DNA from: a bacterium | GTDB lineage: Bacteria > Electryoneota > Electryoneia > Electryoneales > Electryoneaceae | Assembly: GCA_963669175.1 (NCBI GenBank) | Contig: OY769902.1 | Coordinates: 2,048,001-2,112,000 of the forward strand | Direction: 5' to 3' | Length of the DNA: 64,000 nt | Shown: in pieces, positions 9,850 through 20,510 of the stretch | Layout of the letters: the number at the start of each line of letters is the position of its first letter | Position numbering within the stretch: position 1 is the first letter of the stretch | Program-made: the position numbers and the translations under genes | Notes under the pieces: generated by a model | Told to the model about the DNA's origin: nothing | The model's database searches: none | The model's input: only the letters and a program-made list of their open reading frames with translations

Positions 9850-10539
9850 ATGATTCGGACAGTGGATCTGGTGAAGGTGTACCGCACGGAAGAGGTGGAG
9901 ACGACCGCGCTGAATAACGTGAACATCGAGGTTCGTGAAGGTGAATTTGTCGCTATCATGGGCCCGTCAGGCTGTGGCAAGTCCACCCTGCTGAACGTCC
10001 TGGGCTTGCTGGATAATCCCTCCACGGGGCAGTATTTCTTCCTGGACAAAGAGGTTGCCAAGTTCAGCGAACGTCAGCGCGCCCACCTGCGCAAGAACAA
10101 CATCGGATTTGTTTTCCAGAGCTTTAACCTGATTGATGAGCTGACCGTTTTCGAAAACGTCGAACTTCCTCTGTTGTATCAGGGCGTCAATAGCGGCGAC
10201 CGTAAGAAGAAGGTAGAGGAAGCGCTGGAGAAGATGAACATCATGCACCGTTCCAAGCACTTCCCGCAGCAACTATCCGGTGGTCAGCAGCAGCGTGTGG
10301 CGGTAGCGCGTGCGGTGGTCGGCTCACCGAAGATCATCCTTGCAGACGAACCCACCGGTAACCTGGACAGCAGCCATGGTGACGAAGTGATGAACCTGCT
10401 GGGCAAGCTGCATGAAGAAGGCACCACGATCCTGATGGTGACACACTCTCCGGCTTACGCGGAATATGCCCAGCGTGTCATTCACCTGTTCGACGGTCAT
10501 GTGGTCACTGAGAATATCACCGAAAAAGCGGGCGTCTGA
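9850..10539 (+). CDS. ABC transporter ATP-binding protein (MacB/LolD-like)
   Basis: Walker A GPSGCGKS, signature LSGGQQQRVA, ILADEPTGNLD. Start at ATG 9850. Confidence 0.95.
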   Translation: MIRTVDLVKVYRTEEVETTALNNVNIEVREGEFVAIMGPSGCGKSTLLNVLGLLDNPSTGQYFFLDKEVAKFSERQRAHLRKNNIGFVFQSFNLIDELTVFENVELPLLYQGVNSGDRKKKVEEALEKMNIMHRSKHFPQQLSGGQQQRVAVARAVVGSPKIILADEPTGNLDSSHGDEVMNLLGKLHEEGTTILMVTHSPAYAEYAQRVIHLFDGHVVTENITEKAGV

Positions 10540-10557
10540 TTCGGAAAGGGAGCCGGT

Positions 10558-11238
10558 ATGATCGAGCTGGATGGACTGTTCCGCTACTACGATAATGCGG
10601 CGGGACGCTACTACGTGCTGCAGGACATCAACCTGAATTTCGCCGAAGGCGAGTTCACCACCATCATGGGACCGTCCGGAGCGGGTAAATCAACCCTGCT
10701 GCATATCCTTGGCCTGCTGGATGAAGCAAACCAGGGCGCGTACCGTTTTATGGGGCAGGATGTTACCCGGTTGAAGGAAAAACAGCGCACCCAGTTGCAT
10801 CGCCAACACATCGGGTTTGTGTTCCAGAGTTACCACCTGATCGATGAGTTGACCGTCTATGAGAACATCGAGACGCCTCTTCTTTACAACAAGGTGAAGA
10901 GCAACGAACGCAAGGGGCGTGTCAGTGATATGCTGGACCGTTTCAATATCGTCGCGAAAAAAGACCTGTTCCCAAACCAGTTGTCCGGTGGTCAACAGCA
11001 GTTGGTTGCCATCGCACGTGCGCTGATCAACAACCCACGTCTGATCCTGGCCGATGAACCGACCGGGAACCTGAATTCGGCGCAGGGCGATGAGATCATG
11101 AAGCTCTTCAGCAAGCTGAACAAGGAAGAGGGTGTGACCATCCTCCAGGTGACTCACTCCGAGAAGAACGCGGAATACAGCAGGCGAGTGATTCACTTGC
11201 TGGATGGGCGTTTGGAAGTTGAAAAGTTTAAAAGTTGA
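10558..11238 (+). CDS. ABC transporter ATP-binding protein (second paralog)
   Basis: GPSGAGKS, LSGGQQQ, ILADEPTGNL. Confidence 0.95.
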   Translation: MIELDGLFRYYDNAAGRYYVLQDINLNFAEGEFTTIMGPSGAGKSTLLHILGLLDEANQGAYRFMGQDVTRLKEKQRTQLHRQHIGFVFQSYHLIDELTVYENIETPLLYNKVKSNERKGRVSDMLDRFNIVAKKDLFPNQLSGGQQQLVAIARALINNPRLILADEPTGNLNSAQGDEIMKLFSKLNKEEGVTILQVTHSEKNAEYSRRVIHLLDGRLEVEKFKS

Positions 11239-11608
11239 AAAGTTGTAAAGTTAATGAGGTAGCCCGGCCATGCCTGGCCGGGGAATATGAAGCCAGAGGT
11301 TGAAGTAAACAAAGAAATGAGGATTACTCATTCCATCGCTCGAGATCCCCGTTCAGGCCGGGGATGACATAATAGCAGTGGATGACATAATGGCCGGGGA
11401 TGACATAATAGCAGTGGATGACATAATAGCCGGGGATGACATAATAGCAGTGGATGACATAATAGCCGGGGATGACATAATAGCCGGGAATGACATAATA
11501 GGAAGTTGAAAAGTTGAAAAGTTATTTAGATGATATAGTCAATTCCTAATTTCTAATTGCTAATTGTATCCGGTTCATTCTTAATTCATCATTTTTAATT
11601 CTTAATTC
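11216..11608 (+). repeat. Composite intergenic repeat block
   Basis: 8-mer AAAGTT repeats, GTAG REP at 11259-11282, GATCCCC REP, about eight tandem 18-mers G(CCGG/CAGT)GGATGACATAATA, and 7-mer AT-rich repeats. Confidence 0.85.
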
Positions 11609-11619
11609 AAGAGGTAAGC

Positions 11620-14007
11620 GTGTTCAGGAACTACATCAAGGTTGCCTTACGCAGTTTGAGTCGTCAGAAGGGGTATGCCTTCATCAACGTAACCGGTCTG
11701 GCGATCGGATTGGCGGCGTTTGCCCTGATCATGATGTATGTCCACTTCCACTGGAGTTACGACCGTTTCAACCAGGACACGGATCGCCTGTACCGCATGG
11801 TTGAGATCCAGCAATGGGGCCCGGAAGATGTGCATGTCGCGGTAACCATGGGTGCGCTTGCCCCGGCCCTGATGGAAGATTTTCCCGAGATTGAAGCGGC
11901 TACGCGTGTACGCCGCATCAGTGACCGGCTGTTCCAGGTCAACGATATCCGTGAATACGAATCTGTGATCTATGTAGCGGATGATCAATTCTTCAACATC
12001 TTTTCCTTTCCCTTAATACATGGCACCACAGAAAATCTGCTTGCAGAGCCATCCCAGATTGTTCTGACCGAAAAACTGGCGATGAAATATTTCGGGCGTA
12101 CGGATGTGATAGGTGAGACCATCCTGGTACAGAACAAGTCCGAACTTCGGGTTGCAGCGGTCATGGCTGATCCACCGTCAAATTCTCATATCCGTCCCGA
12201 TTGCATTATTGCATGGCAGGAATTCGTAAAGGATTCTCCCAACCTGGAATCCTGGTGGACCAATCACCTGGCGACCTATTTCAAGCTTATTCCGGGCGCG
12301 GACATCGAAAGCGTAAATGCCAAACTCCCGGATTTTATTGCCAAGTACCGCGTTTCAGAGGATCCGGATTACAAAGAGAGTATGAAGATGTATGCTCAGC
12401 CGATGCTGGACATGCACCTGCATACCACACATATCAAGTATGACACCAATCCAGATAAAACCGATGCCAATGTGCTCACGATGCTGGTAGCAATTGCGGT
12501 AGGCATTATCCTGCTGGCCTGTATCAACTTCATGAATCTCGCTACGGCACGTTCCATGCGCCGCGCACGTGAGGTCGGTCTGCGCAAGGTTGTCGGGGCG
12601 ATGCGGATCCAGTTGATGCTGCAGTACATCGGTGAGTCCATGTTGTTGAGCCTGCTGGCATTGCTTCCGGCTTTTGTGCTGGTTGAGTTGGCTGGACCAC
12701 ACATGGGGACTTTGCTGGGCAGGGAAGATATCAACTTCCACCTGTTCAACAATCCCTGGATGTCAGGCGGAATGCTGGCTACGGCGTTGGTGGTGGGCAT
12801 TTTGTCCGGAGTATACCCGGCTTTTGTTTTGTCGGCATATCGTCCGGTACGCGTGTTAAAGGGACGTGTTGACAGTCTGAGAAAAGGCGCCTTCTTGCGG
12901 CGTGCGTTGGTCGTGATGCAGTTCAGCCTGTCGATCTTGCTCCTGATCGGAACCGGGATCATCATTCAGCAGATTCATTACTTGCGGAACAAACCCCTTG
13001 GCTACGACAAAAACATGGTTGTAGTCATTCCAATCGGGAGTGAACAGATTCGTGAACGGTTGGATGCACTGACCACAGAGCTAAAGCTTGATCCATCCAT
13101 AGAGAATGTGAGCCTGTCAAACAGTATTCCCAGCTCAGGACGCAGTTCAAGCGGGATGCGTCCGGCGGATACGCCGGAGGACAGGGACTATGTCATCAAC
13201 GTGAATTACGTCGATGAGAACTTCGTCCCGGTATATGGGATGGAAATGGCGATGGGACGGAACTTTAATGCTGATCTGGCATCTGATTCGATGGGTATGA
13301 TAATCAATGAGACCGCGTATCGTCAATTTGGCTGGGATACCATCGACGGCAAGTATATACGCTTCATCAACGATGAGAAACGTCCCGTTGTCGGTGTAGT
13401 AAAGGACTACCATTTCCGTCAATTATCCATCCAGATCGAGCCGTTGGTGCTGATGTTTTATCCCACTTCCATATGGGCTGCAAATGTGAAGTTGGTTGAT
13501 GGTAATGTGCCGGCGACATTGGATCGTATCCGGAAAATATGGGATGGCCTGTACCCGGAGTATCCTTTCGAATACAGTTTCTTTGATGAGAGGATCGAAC
13601 GTCAGTTCGAGGAATATAAACGTGCCCAAGGCATCCTGCTGATTTTCTCCAGCATCGCTATCCTGATCGCTTCGCTTGGTTTGCTGGGATTGGCTTCCTT
13701 TATGGCGAATCGGCGAACACGAGAATTCAGTATTCGAAAAGTGCTGGGCGCCTCTCCCATTACGCTTATTTCCCTGATTTCACGTGAGTTTGTCATCCTG
13801 TTGAGTATCGCCTCGTTGATTGCATGGGGCACGGCGTACCTGATCGCAGAGAAACTGCTGGCGCATATGCCGTATCACGCGCCGCTGCACTGGTCCATCT
13901 TCATTGAAGGGGCCTTGCTGGCGATGGTGTTCGCTATGCTTACGGTATCGGGACAGGCGGCACGCGCGGCGTCGGTGAATCCGGCAGATGCTCTTAGACA
14001 TGAATGA
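11620..14007 (+). CDS. ABC transporter permease (duplicated MacB_PCD/FtsX domains)
   Basis: MFRNYIKVALR...FINVTGLAIG, ACINFMNLATARS..RAREVGLRKVVGA, C-terminal NPADALRHE. Confidence 0.95.
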   Translation: MFRNYIKVALRSLSRQKGYAFINVTGLAIGLAAFALIMMYVHFHWSYDRFNQDTDRLYRMVEIQQWGPEDVHVAVTMGALAPALMEDFPEIEAATRVRRISDRLFQVNDIREYESVIYVADDQFFNIFSFPLIHGTTENLLAEPSQIVLTEKLAMKYFGRTDVIGETILVQNKSELRVAAVMADPPSNSHIRPDCIIAWQEFVKDSPNLESWWTNHLATYFKLIPGADIESVNAKLPDFIAKYRVSEDPDYKESMKMYAQPMLDMHLHTTHIKYDTNPDKTDANVLTMLVAIAVGIILLACINFMNLATARSMRRAREVGLRKVVGAMRIQLMLQYIGESMLLSLLALLPAFVLVELAGPHMGTLLGREDINFHLFNNPWMSGGMLATALVVGILSGVYPAFVLSAYRPVRVLKGRVDSLRKGAFLRRALVVMQFSLSILLLIGTGIIIQQIHYLRNKPLGYDKNMVVVIPIGSEQIRERLDALTTELKLDPSIENVSLSNSIPSSGRSSSGMRPADTPEDRDYVINVNYVDENFVPVYGMEMAMGRNFNADLASDSMGMIINETAYRQFGWDTIDGKYIRFINDEKRPVVGVVKDYHFRQLSIQIEPLVLMFYPTSIWAANVKLVDGNVPATLDRIRKIWDGLYPEYPFEYSFFDERIERQFEEYKRAQGILLIFSSIAILIASLGLLGLASFMANRRTREFSIRKVLGASPITLISLISREFVILLSIASLIAWGTAYLIAEKLLAHMPYHAPLHWSIFIEGALLAMVFAMLTVSGQAARAASVNPADALRHE

Positions 14008-14208
14008 AGTAAAAAAAGGTAAAGAAAAGTAAAAAAAGGTAAAGAAGGTAAGTCAGGTAGCCCGGCCATGCTTGGCCGGGAAATGACTGTTCCCTCTTTT
14101 TGAGCACTGGCAGAGATTCCACGGAAAAGGGGACAGTTTCCTTTTCCACAAGATGAACGAGAGAGTGCTATGCGAGCGCGAGGAAAAGGATCCCGTCCCC
14201 TTTTCCGG
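14008..14208 (+). repeat. 9-mer tandem, GTAG REP and GGGACAG-type inverted boxes
   Basis: AAAAAGGTA repeats at 14008-14050. GTAGCCCGGCCATGCTTGGCCGGG at 14057-14080. GGAAAAGGGGAC...GTCCCCTTTTCC inverted pair. Confidence 0.75.
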
Positions 14209-14263
14209 GACTCGTGCTGAATAACGGTGAGGAATTCGAGCTGAACAAGTAGAGGAGAAGAGG

Positions 14264-16690
14264 ATGATCCGCAACTACCTGGTTGTAGCGTTACGGACGT
14301 TGTGGCGTGGAAAGGTGCATTCGCTGATCAATGTTTTCGGGCTGGCCCTGGGCATTGCGACCTGTTTGCTGATCTACGTGTATGTCCGCTATGACCTTAG
14401 CTGGGATCATCACAATGAGAACCTTGGCAGGTTGTACCGTGTGATCAACCGGACGGATGAACCGGGTAAAGATCCACGATACGCCCGAAACATTACCGCC
14501 CTGTTTGCGGAGACCTGTAAAGGGAATATCCCGGGAATCGAAGAGTACGTGCGTTATACCAATTCGGAAGACGTTATCCGTATCGGCGCACATGTATACG
14601 AGGAAGAGATCGGCTACGCGGAGCCGGGTATTTTCAACAGCTTCACTTTCCCGGTTATACGTGGGCAGCAGGAATCGCCGCTGGAAGACTTGTCCAGTGT
14701 GGTAATCACAGAAGAACTGGCGAAAAAATACTTCAAGGGTTCCAATCCCATCGGGCAAACGATAGAAGTAAAGGTGGACACGGCATTTATTCCACTGGTG
14801 GTTACAGCCGTCGTTCAAAATGCCCCGCCGACAGCAACGATCAATCCCAAGCTGTTTGTTCAATATGAGCATACCTATGAAGTCATGCGCAGGATGATAT
14901 CGTCCAACTGGACAACAGTCTTCTCTGAAACCTATGTGATGCTCGAGGAAGGAGTTTCTCGTGAAGCGGTTGAACAGTCACTGGCCACCTATATCCCCTC
15001 TGTTGTCGACAGGGAGGAAGAAGAGGATGTGTGGAAGCTGAACTTTGTGCTGCAACCGTTGGCCGAACGTCATATGTCACTGTCGCCGGGCAATGTTTAC
15101 CCAACTGAAGTCAAACCTACAGGATTGTATGTCCTGTCTGGGATTGGAATCGCTATCCTGCTGATCGCCTGCATCAATTTTACCACGCTTGCCATCGGAC
15201 GTTCTACCAGCCGGTCACGTGAGATCGGGGTTCGCAAGGTGCTTGGCGCGATGCGAATTCAGCTTGTACGCCAGTTCTTTGTTGAGATTTTCCTGCTGAC
15301 GATCATTGCGATGTCCCTGGGAATCGTGCTGGCAGAATTGTTGTTGCCATTGTTCAATACCATGTTCGAACGTGTCATGACGATTCAGTACGATGTTATC
15401 ACCATATCACTTTTCCTGCTTCTGGCTGCCGCCATTACCCTTGTTGCCGGAGGCTATCCCGCATTGGTCATCAGTGGCTTTCCACCGGTTGCCGCGTTTC
15501 GAGGAGCAATTCGTGTCGGTGGCAAACGACGCTTGCGTCAATCGCTGGTATTCCTGCAATTCGGGCTGTCCATCATGTTGATCACCATTACCCTGGTCAT
15601 GAGCCGTCAGCTTGCTTATGTGCAGAACAAGCAGCTCGGTTTTCACGGCGAGCAGGTTGTTGAGATTGCCGCGCATAGCACCAGTGATGATGCGTTGGTG
15701 GCGATGGAAAGGTTGAGGCAGGAATTACGTGGCGATCCGGGCATTCTATCCATTTCAGGCACTCAGAACGGATTCGGCCACAGGTGGACGTCGCATGGCT
15801 GGACGAATAATGGCGAAGAATTCAGCGGCATCTATTCCAATACGGTTGATCACGTTTACCTGCAAACGATGCAGATTCCTGTTGTGGAAGGGCGAGATTT
15901 TGATCCCGAGATCGCTTCTGATGAGCAACGGTCCTTCATTGTCAACAAGGCGTTTCTTGACTATTTCGGGTGGGACTATGCGGTAGGACGTTCGCTGCCC
16001 GGCAATTTCAAAGACAATGAGATTATCGGAGTGGTGGACAATTTCCATTTCAGCTCGCTGTATGATGAAGTGCAACCGTTGATGATTGGCATCAATCCCT
16101 GGTTGTTTTTCAGTCAGAATGACAATTCTGTTTCCAGCTCCGTCTGGTTCACCATGCAGAATGTGTTGATACGTGTGGACGATCAGGATATCGCCGGTAC
16201 AATGAAGCGTGTTGAGAAAGCATGGCAGGAAGTTGTCCCGGATATGCCTTTCGATTACCGGTTTATCGATGAGAATGTGGATCGACAGTATCGTGAGGAT
16301 CAGCGTTGGAGCCAGCTGATATCTTACGCGTCTATCCTGGCGGTATTGATCGGGGCGTTGGGGGTATTCGGATTGGCGATGCTGGAAGTGAGCCAACGGA
16401 CGCGTGAGATTGGAATACGAAAAGTGTTGGGCGCCAGTGTGCCACGAGTGGTACTGTTGTTGTCGAAAGAAATCACGTTTCTCGTATTGCTGGCGAATGC
16501 GCTGGCGTGGCCTGTTGCATGGCTGCTGATGAACCGTTGGATGGACCAGTTTGCCTACAAGGCGGGCATCAGTCCCTTGTCGATGGTGTTGGCTGGTATG
16601 GTCGCGCTGCTGATCGCTTGGATGACCATTGGCGGATTGGCCTGGAATGCGGCGAACAGTAACCCGGTGGATGCGTTGAGAGCGGAATGA
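14264..16690 (+). CDS. ABC transporter permease (MacB_PCD/FtsX), second paralog
   Basis: MIRNYLVVALR, ACINFTTL...RSREIGVRKVLGA, NPVDALRAE. Confidence 0.95.
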   Translation: MIRNYLVVALRTLWRGKVHSLINVFGLALGIATCLLIYVYVRYDLSWDHHNENLGRLYRVINRTDEPGKDPRYARNITALFAETCKGNIPGIEEYVRYTNSEDVIRIGAHVYEEEIGYAEPGIFNSFTFPVIRGQQESPLEDLSSVVITEELAKKYFKGSNPIGQTIEVKVDTAFIPLVVTAVVQNAPPTATINPKLFVQYEHTYEVMRRMISSNWTTVFSETYVMLEEGVSREAVEQSLATYIPSVVDREEEEDVWKLNFVLQPLAERHMSLSPGNVYPTEVKPTGLYVLSGIGIAILLIACINFTTLAIGRSTSRSREIGVRKVLGAMRIQLVRQFFVEIFLLTIIAMSLGIVLAELLLPLFNTMFERVMTIQYDVITISLFLLLAAAITLVAGGYPALVISGFPPVAAFRGAIRVGGKRRLRQSLVFLQFGLSIMLITITLVMSRQLAYVQNKQLGFHGEQVVEIAAHSTSDDALVAMERLRQELRGDPGILSISGTQNGFGHRWTSHGWTNNGEEFSGIYSNTVDHVYLQTMQIPVVEGRDFDPEIASDEQRSFIVNKAFLDYFGWDYAVGRSLPGNFKDNEIIGVVDNFHFSSLYDEVQPLMIGINPWLFFSQNDNSVSSSVWFTMQNVLIRVDDQDIAGTMKRVEKAWQEVVPDMPFDYRFIDENVDRQYREDQRWSQLISYASILAVLIGALGVFGLAMLEVSQRTREIGIRKVLGASVPRVVLLLSKEITFLVLLANALAWPVAWLLMNRWMDQFAYKAGISPLSMVLAGMVALLIAWMTIGGLAWNAANSNPVDALRAE

Positions 16691-16699
16691 ATCTCTTGA

Positions 16700-16820
16700 A
16701 GTCAGAAAGTTTAAAAGTTTGAAAGTTCTAAAGTTACAGGGTTCTTTGATCATAATATGTAATTCCTAATTCCTAATTTCTAATTTCTAATTCCTAATTA
16801 TCAATTGTTAATTCTTAATT
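16700..16820 (+). repeat. 8-mer (AAAGTT..) and 7-mer (AATTCCT/AATTTCT) short tandem repeats
   Basis: Visible tandem runs downstream of the permease stop codon. Confidence 0.75.
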
Positions 16821-16855
16821 GCCGTTCAACCGGGCCGGGGAAACGGAGGGCAAAG

Positions 16856-17125
16856 ATGCCGAACGTAACCATTCAGATTCCCTTTCAAGAGGGTGAGAAC
16901 TCGATGGAAATCGAGGTGACCGTCAACGGAAACAAGCGCAAGATTCAGTACCGCGTGGAAGTTGTTCGATGGTCGGAAGATTGTGATGATCAGGAAGTCA
17001 AGATCCAGTGCCTGCAACGTCATATCGCCGATAAGAAACGCGATTGGCAGTTGCTGAACATTGGCGCTGGCGGTGACGATCATGTGCCGGTACTATTTAA
17101 AAAGCTGGCGCCATCGACATCGTAG
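16856..17125 (+). CDS. Small hypothetical protein in the exporter/regulator cluster
   Basis: ATG 16856 after GGAGG; 89-aa ORF co-oriented with its neighbours. Confidence 0.65.
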   Translation: MPNVTIQIPFQEGENSMEIEVTVNGNKRKIQYRVEVVRWSEDCDDQEVKIQCLQRHIADKKRDWQLLNIGAGGDDHVPVLFKKLAPSTS

Positions 17126-17141
17126 TGTCCGATTTCGTACA
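17126..17141. promoter_or_regulatory. Second copy of the putative activator site
   Basis: TGTCCG-ATTT-CGTACA, a near match to 8076-8091, just upstream of the regulator gene. Confidence 0.5.
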
Positions 17142-17186
17142 TTGGTGGATTATCTATCCATCGAACCGCGACTGATGGGAAGGGGC

Positions 17187-18578
17187 ATGGGAAACAACAG
17201 CGGTGAACTGCAAGGCTCGATACTGGCCGTTGACGATGACGAGGATGTACTGATCGCGCTACGAATGCTGTTAAAACGGCATGGCGCGACAGTTCATACC
17301 GAAAAGGATCCGGAGAAGATCCCGTCACGGTTGAAAGAGCAACGGTATGACGTGATCCTGCTGGACATGAATTTCACGCAGGATACCACGACCGGCCGTG
17401 AGGGTTTTCTCTGGCTGGACCGTATCCTCACCCTCGATCCTTCCGCCGTTGTCATCCTGATCACCGCGTTTGGTGGCACCGAGACCGCAGTCCGCGCCAT
17501 CAAGGAAGGCGCTGTCGATTTTGTGCTCAAGCCCTGGCAGAACGAGAAACTACTCGCAACCGTTCACGCCGCCCTGCAACTGAGCCGCAGCCGTGCGGAA
17601 GTGGTGTCTCTTCGCTCACGTCAGGAAGCTATTGTCGCAGGCATGACCCCACGCTATGAGGAGCTGATCGGCGGATCAGCGCCCATGCAGCACGTATTCG
17701 CGACGATCGACAAAGTCGCAGGGACTGATGCAACCGTACTCATTCTTGGAGAAAACGGCACTGGTAAAGAGCTGGTCGCGCGTGCGATTCACCGCAAGAG
17801 CAAACGTGATTCAGAAGCGTTTATCAGTGTTGATGTCGGGGCGCTGCCGCAATCCCTGTTCGAGAGCGAGCTGTTCGGGTATGTGAAAGGTGCGTTTACC
17901 GATGCGAGAAGTGACCGTGCCGGACGATTTGAAGCGGCTTCCGGCGGAACCCTGTTCCTCGATGAGATAGGCAATATCTCCCTGTCGCAACAGGCCAAGC
18001 TGCTACGTGTGCTGGAGACACGCTCTGTCACACGTGTCGGCTCGAACAAGCAGATCGATGTGGATATACGCCTGATCTGCGCCACCAACGCTCCCATCAT
18101 GGATAAGGTGGGCAATGGCGAGTTCCGGCAGGATTTGCTCTATCGTATCAATACAGTTGAGATCACTCTTCCGCCTCTACGGGAACGTGGCGATGACATT
18201 CCCCTGCTGGCCGAACATTTTCTGGCAGAATTCAGCCGGAAGTATGAAAAAACGGGGATGCGCTTCTCCCAGGCTACTCTCCAACGGCTTCAGAAGCATG
18301 CATGGCCGGGAAATGTGCGCGAGCTGCAACACGCGGTAGAGCGTGCTGTGATCCTTGCGGATGGTACGACTCTTCAACCTTCTGATTTTTTCCTCGCACG
18401 ACCGGAAGAGGCTTCACAAACCGATCTCGATCTTGATACCTTGAACCTGGACGCTGTCGAACGCAAGGTGATCTTGAAGGCGATGGCGAAACATGACGGG
18501 AATATTCAACGGGCGGCACGGGAACTCGGCCTGACCCGGCCAGCCCTCTACCGGCGGATCGAAAAACATGGTCTTTAG
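17187..18578 (+). CDS. Sigma54-dependent (NtrC-family) response regulator
   Basis: Receiver domain (VDDD...LLDMNF), AAA+ GENGTGKE, ESELFG...GAFTDA, WPGNVREL, Fis-type HTH. Start is 17175 or 17187. Confidence 0.95.
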   Translation: MGNNSGELQGSILAVDDDEDVLIALRMLLKRHGATVHTEKDPEKIPSRLKEQRYDVILLDMNFTQDTTTGREGFLWLDRILTLDPSAVVILITAFGGTETAVRAIKEGAVDFVLKPWQNEKLLATVHAALQLSRSRAEVVSLRSRQEAIVAGMTPRYEELIGGSAPMQHVFATIDKVAGTDATVLILGENGTGKELVARAIHRKSKRDSEAFISVDVGALPQSLFESELFGYVKGAFTDARSDRAGRFEAASGGTLFLDEIGNISLSQQAKLLRVLETRSVTRVGSNKQIDVDIRLICATNAPIMDKVGNGEFRQDLLYRINTVEITLPPLRERGDDIPLLAEHFLAEFSRKYEKTGMRFSQATLQRLQKHAWPGNVRELQHAVERAVILADGTTLQPSDFFLARPEEASQTDLDLDTLNLDAVERKVILKAMAKHDGNIQRAARELGLTRPALYRRIEKHGL

Positions 18579-19911
18579 ACGATTTCGTCTCCTGATCATA
18601 CTGCGAGTCCTTTTCCTCACCGGCACCATTGCCCTTGGGCTGTACCTGTTGTTCGAAACCAGTTATATCGCTTCTACGATCGTCTGCGGCCTGCTGGTGC
18701 TGTACCAGGTGTTCGCCCTGATCCATTTCCTCGAGAAAACACGGCGTGATGTGGCGCATTTCCTGTCGTCGATCAAATACGGCGATTTCACCGAGACCTT
18801 TTCCCCGGTAGCGCCTCGTGACGGGAAGCAGGATACCCTGCGGGAAGCGTTTCATGAAGTAATGATGGACTTTCAGAAAGTCAGGATGGAGCATGAACAG
18901 CAGTACCGTTACCTGCAAACCATCGTCCAGCATATCGGCAGCGGCATCCTGGTGTATGACCGTGAAGGCCGGGTGGATCTGGTCAACAATGCCGCCAAGC
19001 GTATCTTCGGTCTGCCCACCATTCGCAATATCGACAGCCTCTCCCATTTCGGCCCGGAATTATTGGAAACTTTGCGCACCATCGGCCCGGGAAAACGGAG
19101 GATCGTGAAGGCTGCGGACGAGGATGACCTGCTGCAACTGGCGATTGACGCCACTGAGTTCAGACGTGGCGGACAGCGCTTTACCCTGGTTTCGATTCAG
19201 GATATTCAGCGTGAGTTGGAAGAGAAGGAGCTGGAGGCGTGGCGTAATCTGATGCGTGTGCTTACCCACGAAATCCGCAATTCCATCGCGCCCATCGCCA
19301 GCCTTGCCGACACCGCCGAGGAGGCCCTGACATCGGCCTGTGATACCGACACGGCGGATGAGGATCTCGAGGACATTCATTTGGCGATCAAAACCATCCG
19401 TCGCCGCAGCAGTGGCCTGCTGCAATTCATGGAACCCTTCCGCACCCTGTACAAAATCCCGCCGCCGGAGTTTGAGATCGTTCGGGTACGTGACCTGCTC
19501 GAGCATATCCGTGAATTCTTCAAACCGCAATGCGAAGAATATGATATTGAGAGTGTGTTTGAGGTGCAGCCGGAAACGCTTGAAATTACGGCTGATCCTC
19601 GCCAGATCGAACAGGTGCTGATCAACCTGGTGCTGAATGCCCTGGATGTGATGAAGGATGTAGATGAGCCGCGCTTGCTTGTGACGGCAGAGCTGGATCG
19701 CCATAGCCGTCCCGTGATTCATGTCGAGGATAACGGGCCCGGGATACAACCGGACGTGCTGGAAAAAATCTTCATCCCCTTCTTTACCACGAAAAAACAG
19801 GGCAGCGGTATCGGACTTGCCCTTTCCCGCCAGATCATGCGCCGTCATAATGGCCGCATACAGGTTTTTTCTGATCCGGGTGTGAAGACGGTGTTTACAC
19901 TGCGGTTCTGA
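18568..19911 (+). CDS. Sensor histidine kinase
   Basis: Two N-terminal TM helices, PAS-like region, H-box LTHEIRNS, NLVLNA, DNGPG, FFTTK, GSGIGL. Confidence 0.95.
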   Translation: MVFRRFRLLIILRVLFLTGTIALGLYLLFETSYIASTIVCGLLVLYQVFALIHFLEKTRRDVAHFLSSIKYGDFTETFSPVAPRDGKQDTLREAFHEVMMDFQKVRMEHEQQYRYLQTIVQHIGSGILVYDREGRVDLVNNAAKRIFGLPTIRNIDSLSHFGPELLETLRTIGPGKRRIVKAADEDDLLQLAIDATEFRRGGQRFTLVSIQDIQRELEEKELEAWRNLMRVLTHEIRNSIAPIASLADTAEEALTSACDTDTADEDLEDIHLAIKTIRRRSSGLLQFMEPFRTLYKIPPPEFEIVRVRDLLEHIREFFKPQCEEYDIESVFEVQPETLEITADPRQIEQVLINLVLNALDVMKDVDEPRLLVTAELDRHSRPVIHVEDNGPGIQPDVLEKIFIPFFTTKKQGSGIGLALSRQIMRRHNGRIQVFSDPGVKTVFTLRF

Positions 19912-19922
19912 GGGTTCCGTGA

Positions 19923-20510
19923 AGTTGGAAAGTTTGAAAGTTCCAAAGTTATAAAGTTATTGGTAGCCCGGCCATGCCTGACCGGGAATAAGGTAACGCC
20001 TCTAAATGAATTATACTGACTCGCGAAACAAATACCGCCTGCAGTCATCCCCAGCGTAGCAGACTGTATCAGAATGTCCGTTAGTCTCATTCCTTCGAAG
20101 GAAGGAATCCAGTCATGTTGCGATATTACAAGAGGTTAGACATTCTCAAGAAGCACGGTCCATTGAGAGTCGTCTCTATATTCAACTTATTATTTTGTCG
20201 ATACTTGCCTGGATCCCAGCCTTCGCTGGGATGAGAGAATATGTAATTCTGAGACACCTTGGTAGGCGGGGATCCACTCCGTTGGCCGCTCAATCCAATG
20301 ATTGTAAAAGATTTTACCATAATTTTTGAGAATCAAGTATAGAGAAAAGCATGCGACATTGTTTTCAAGCCCCACTGTAGAATAGACCACCGCCGGGCAG
20401 CCGCTTTCGCTTCGCTACAGCGTCTTCAAGCCGGCGGGGCCAATGCGCTTGCGGGAGTTACAGGTTTTTCTGATCCGGGTGCGAAGACTGTGTTTACACT
20501 ACGGTTTTGA
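19923..20510. repeat. REP mosaic block ending in a copy of the kinase 3' end
   Basis: 8-mer repeats plus GTAG REP (19963-19986), GTCATCCC/GGATCCCAGC palindromes, TAGACCACCGCC...GGCGGGGCCAA (20383-20443), then 20459-20510, which resembles 19859-19911. Confidence 0.8.

Noticed and set aside
11356-11500. CRISPR-like short repeats (also 7900-7980)
   Set aside because: Contiguous 18-22-bp tandem units derived from a REP arm, with no spacers.
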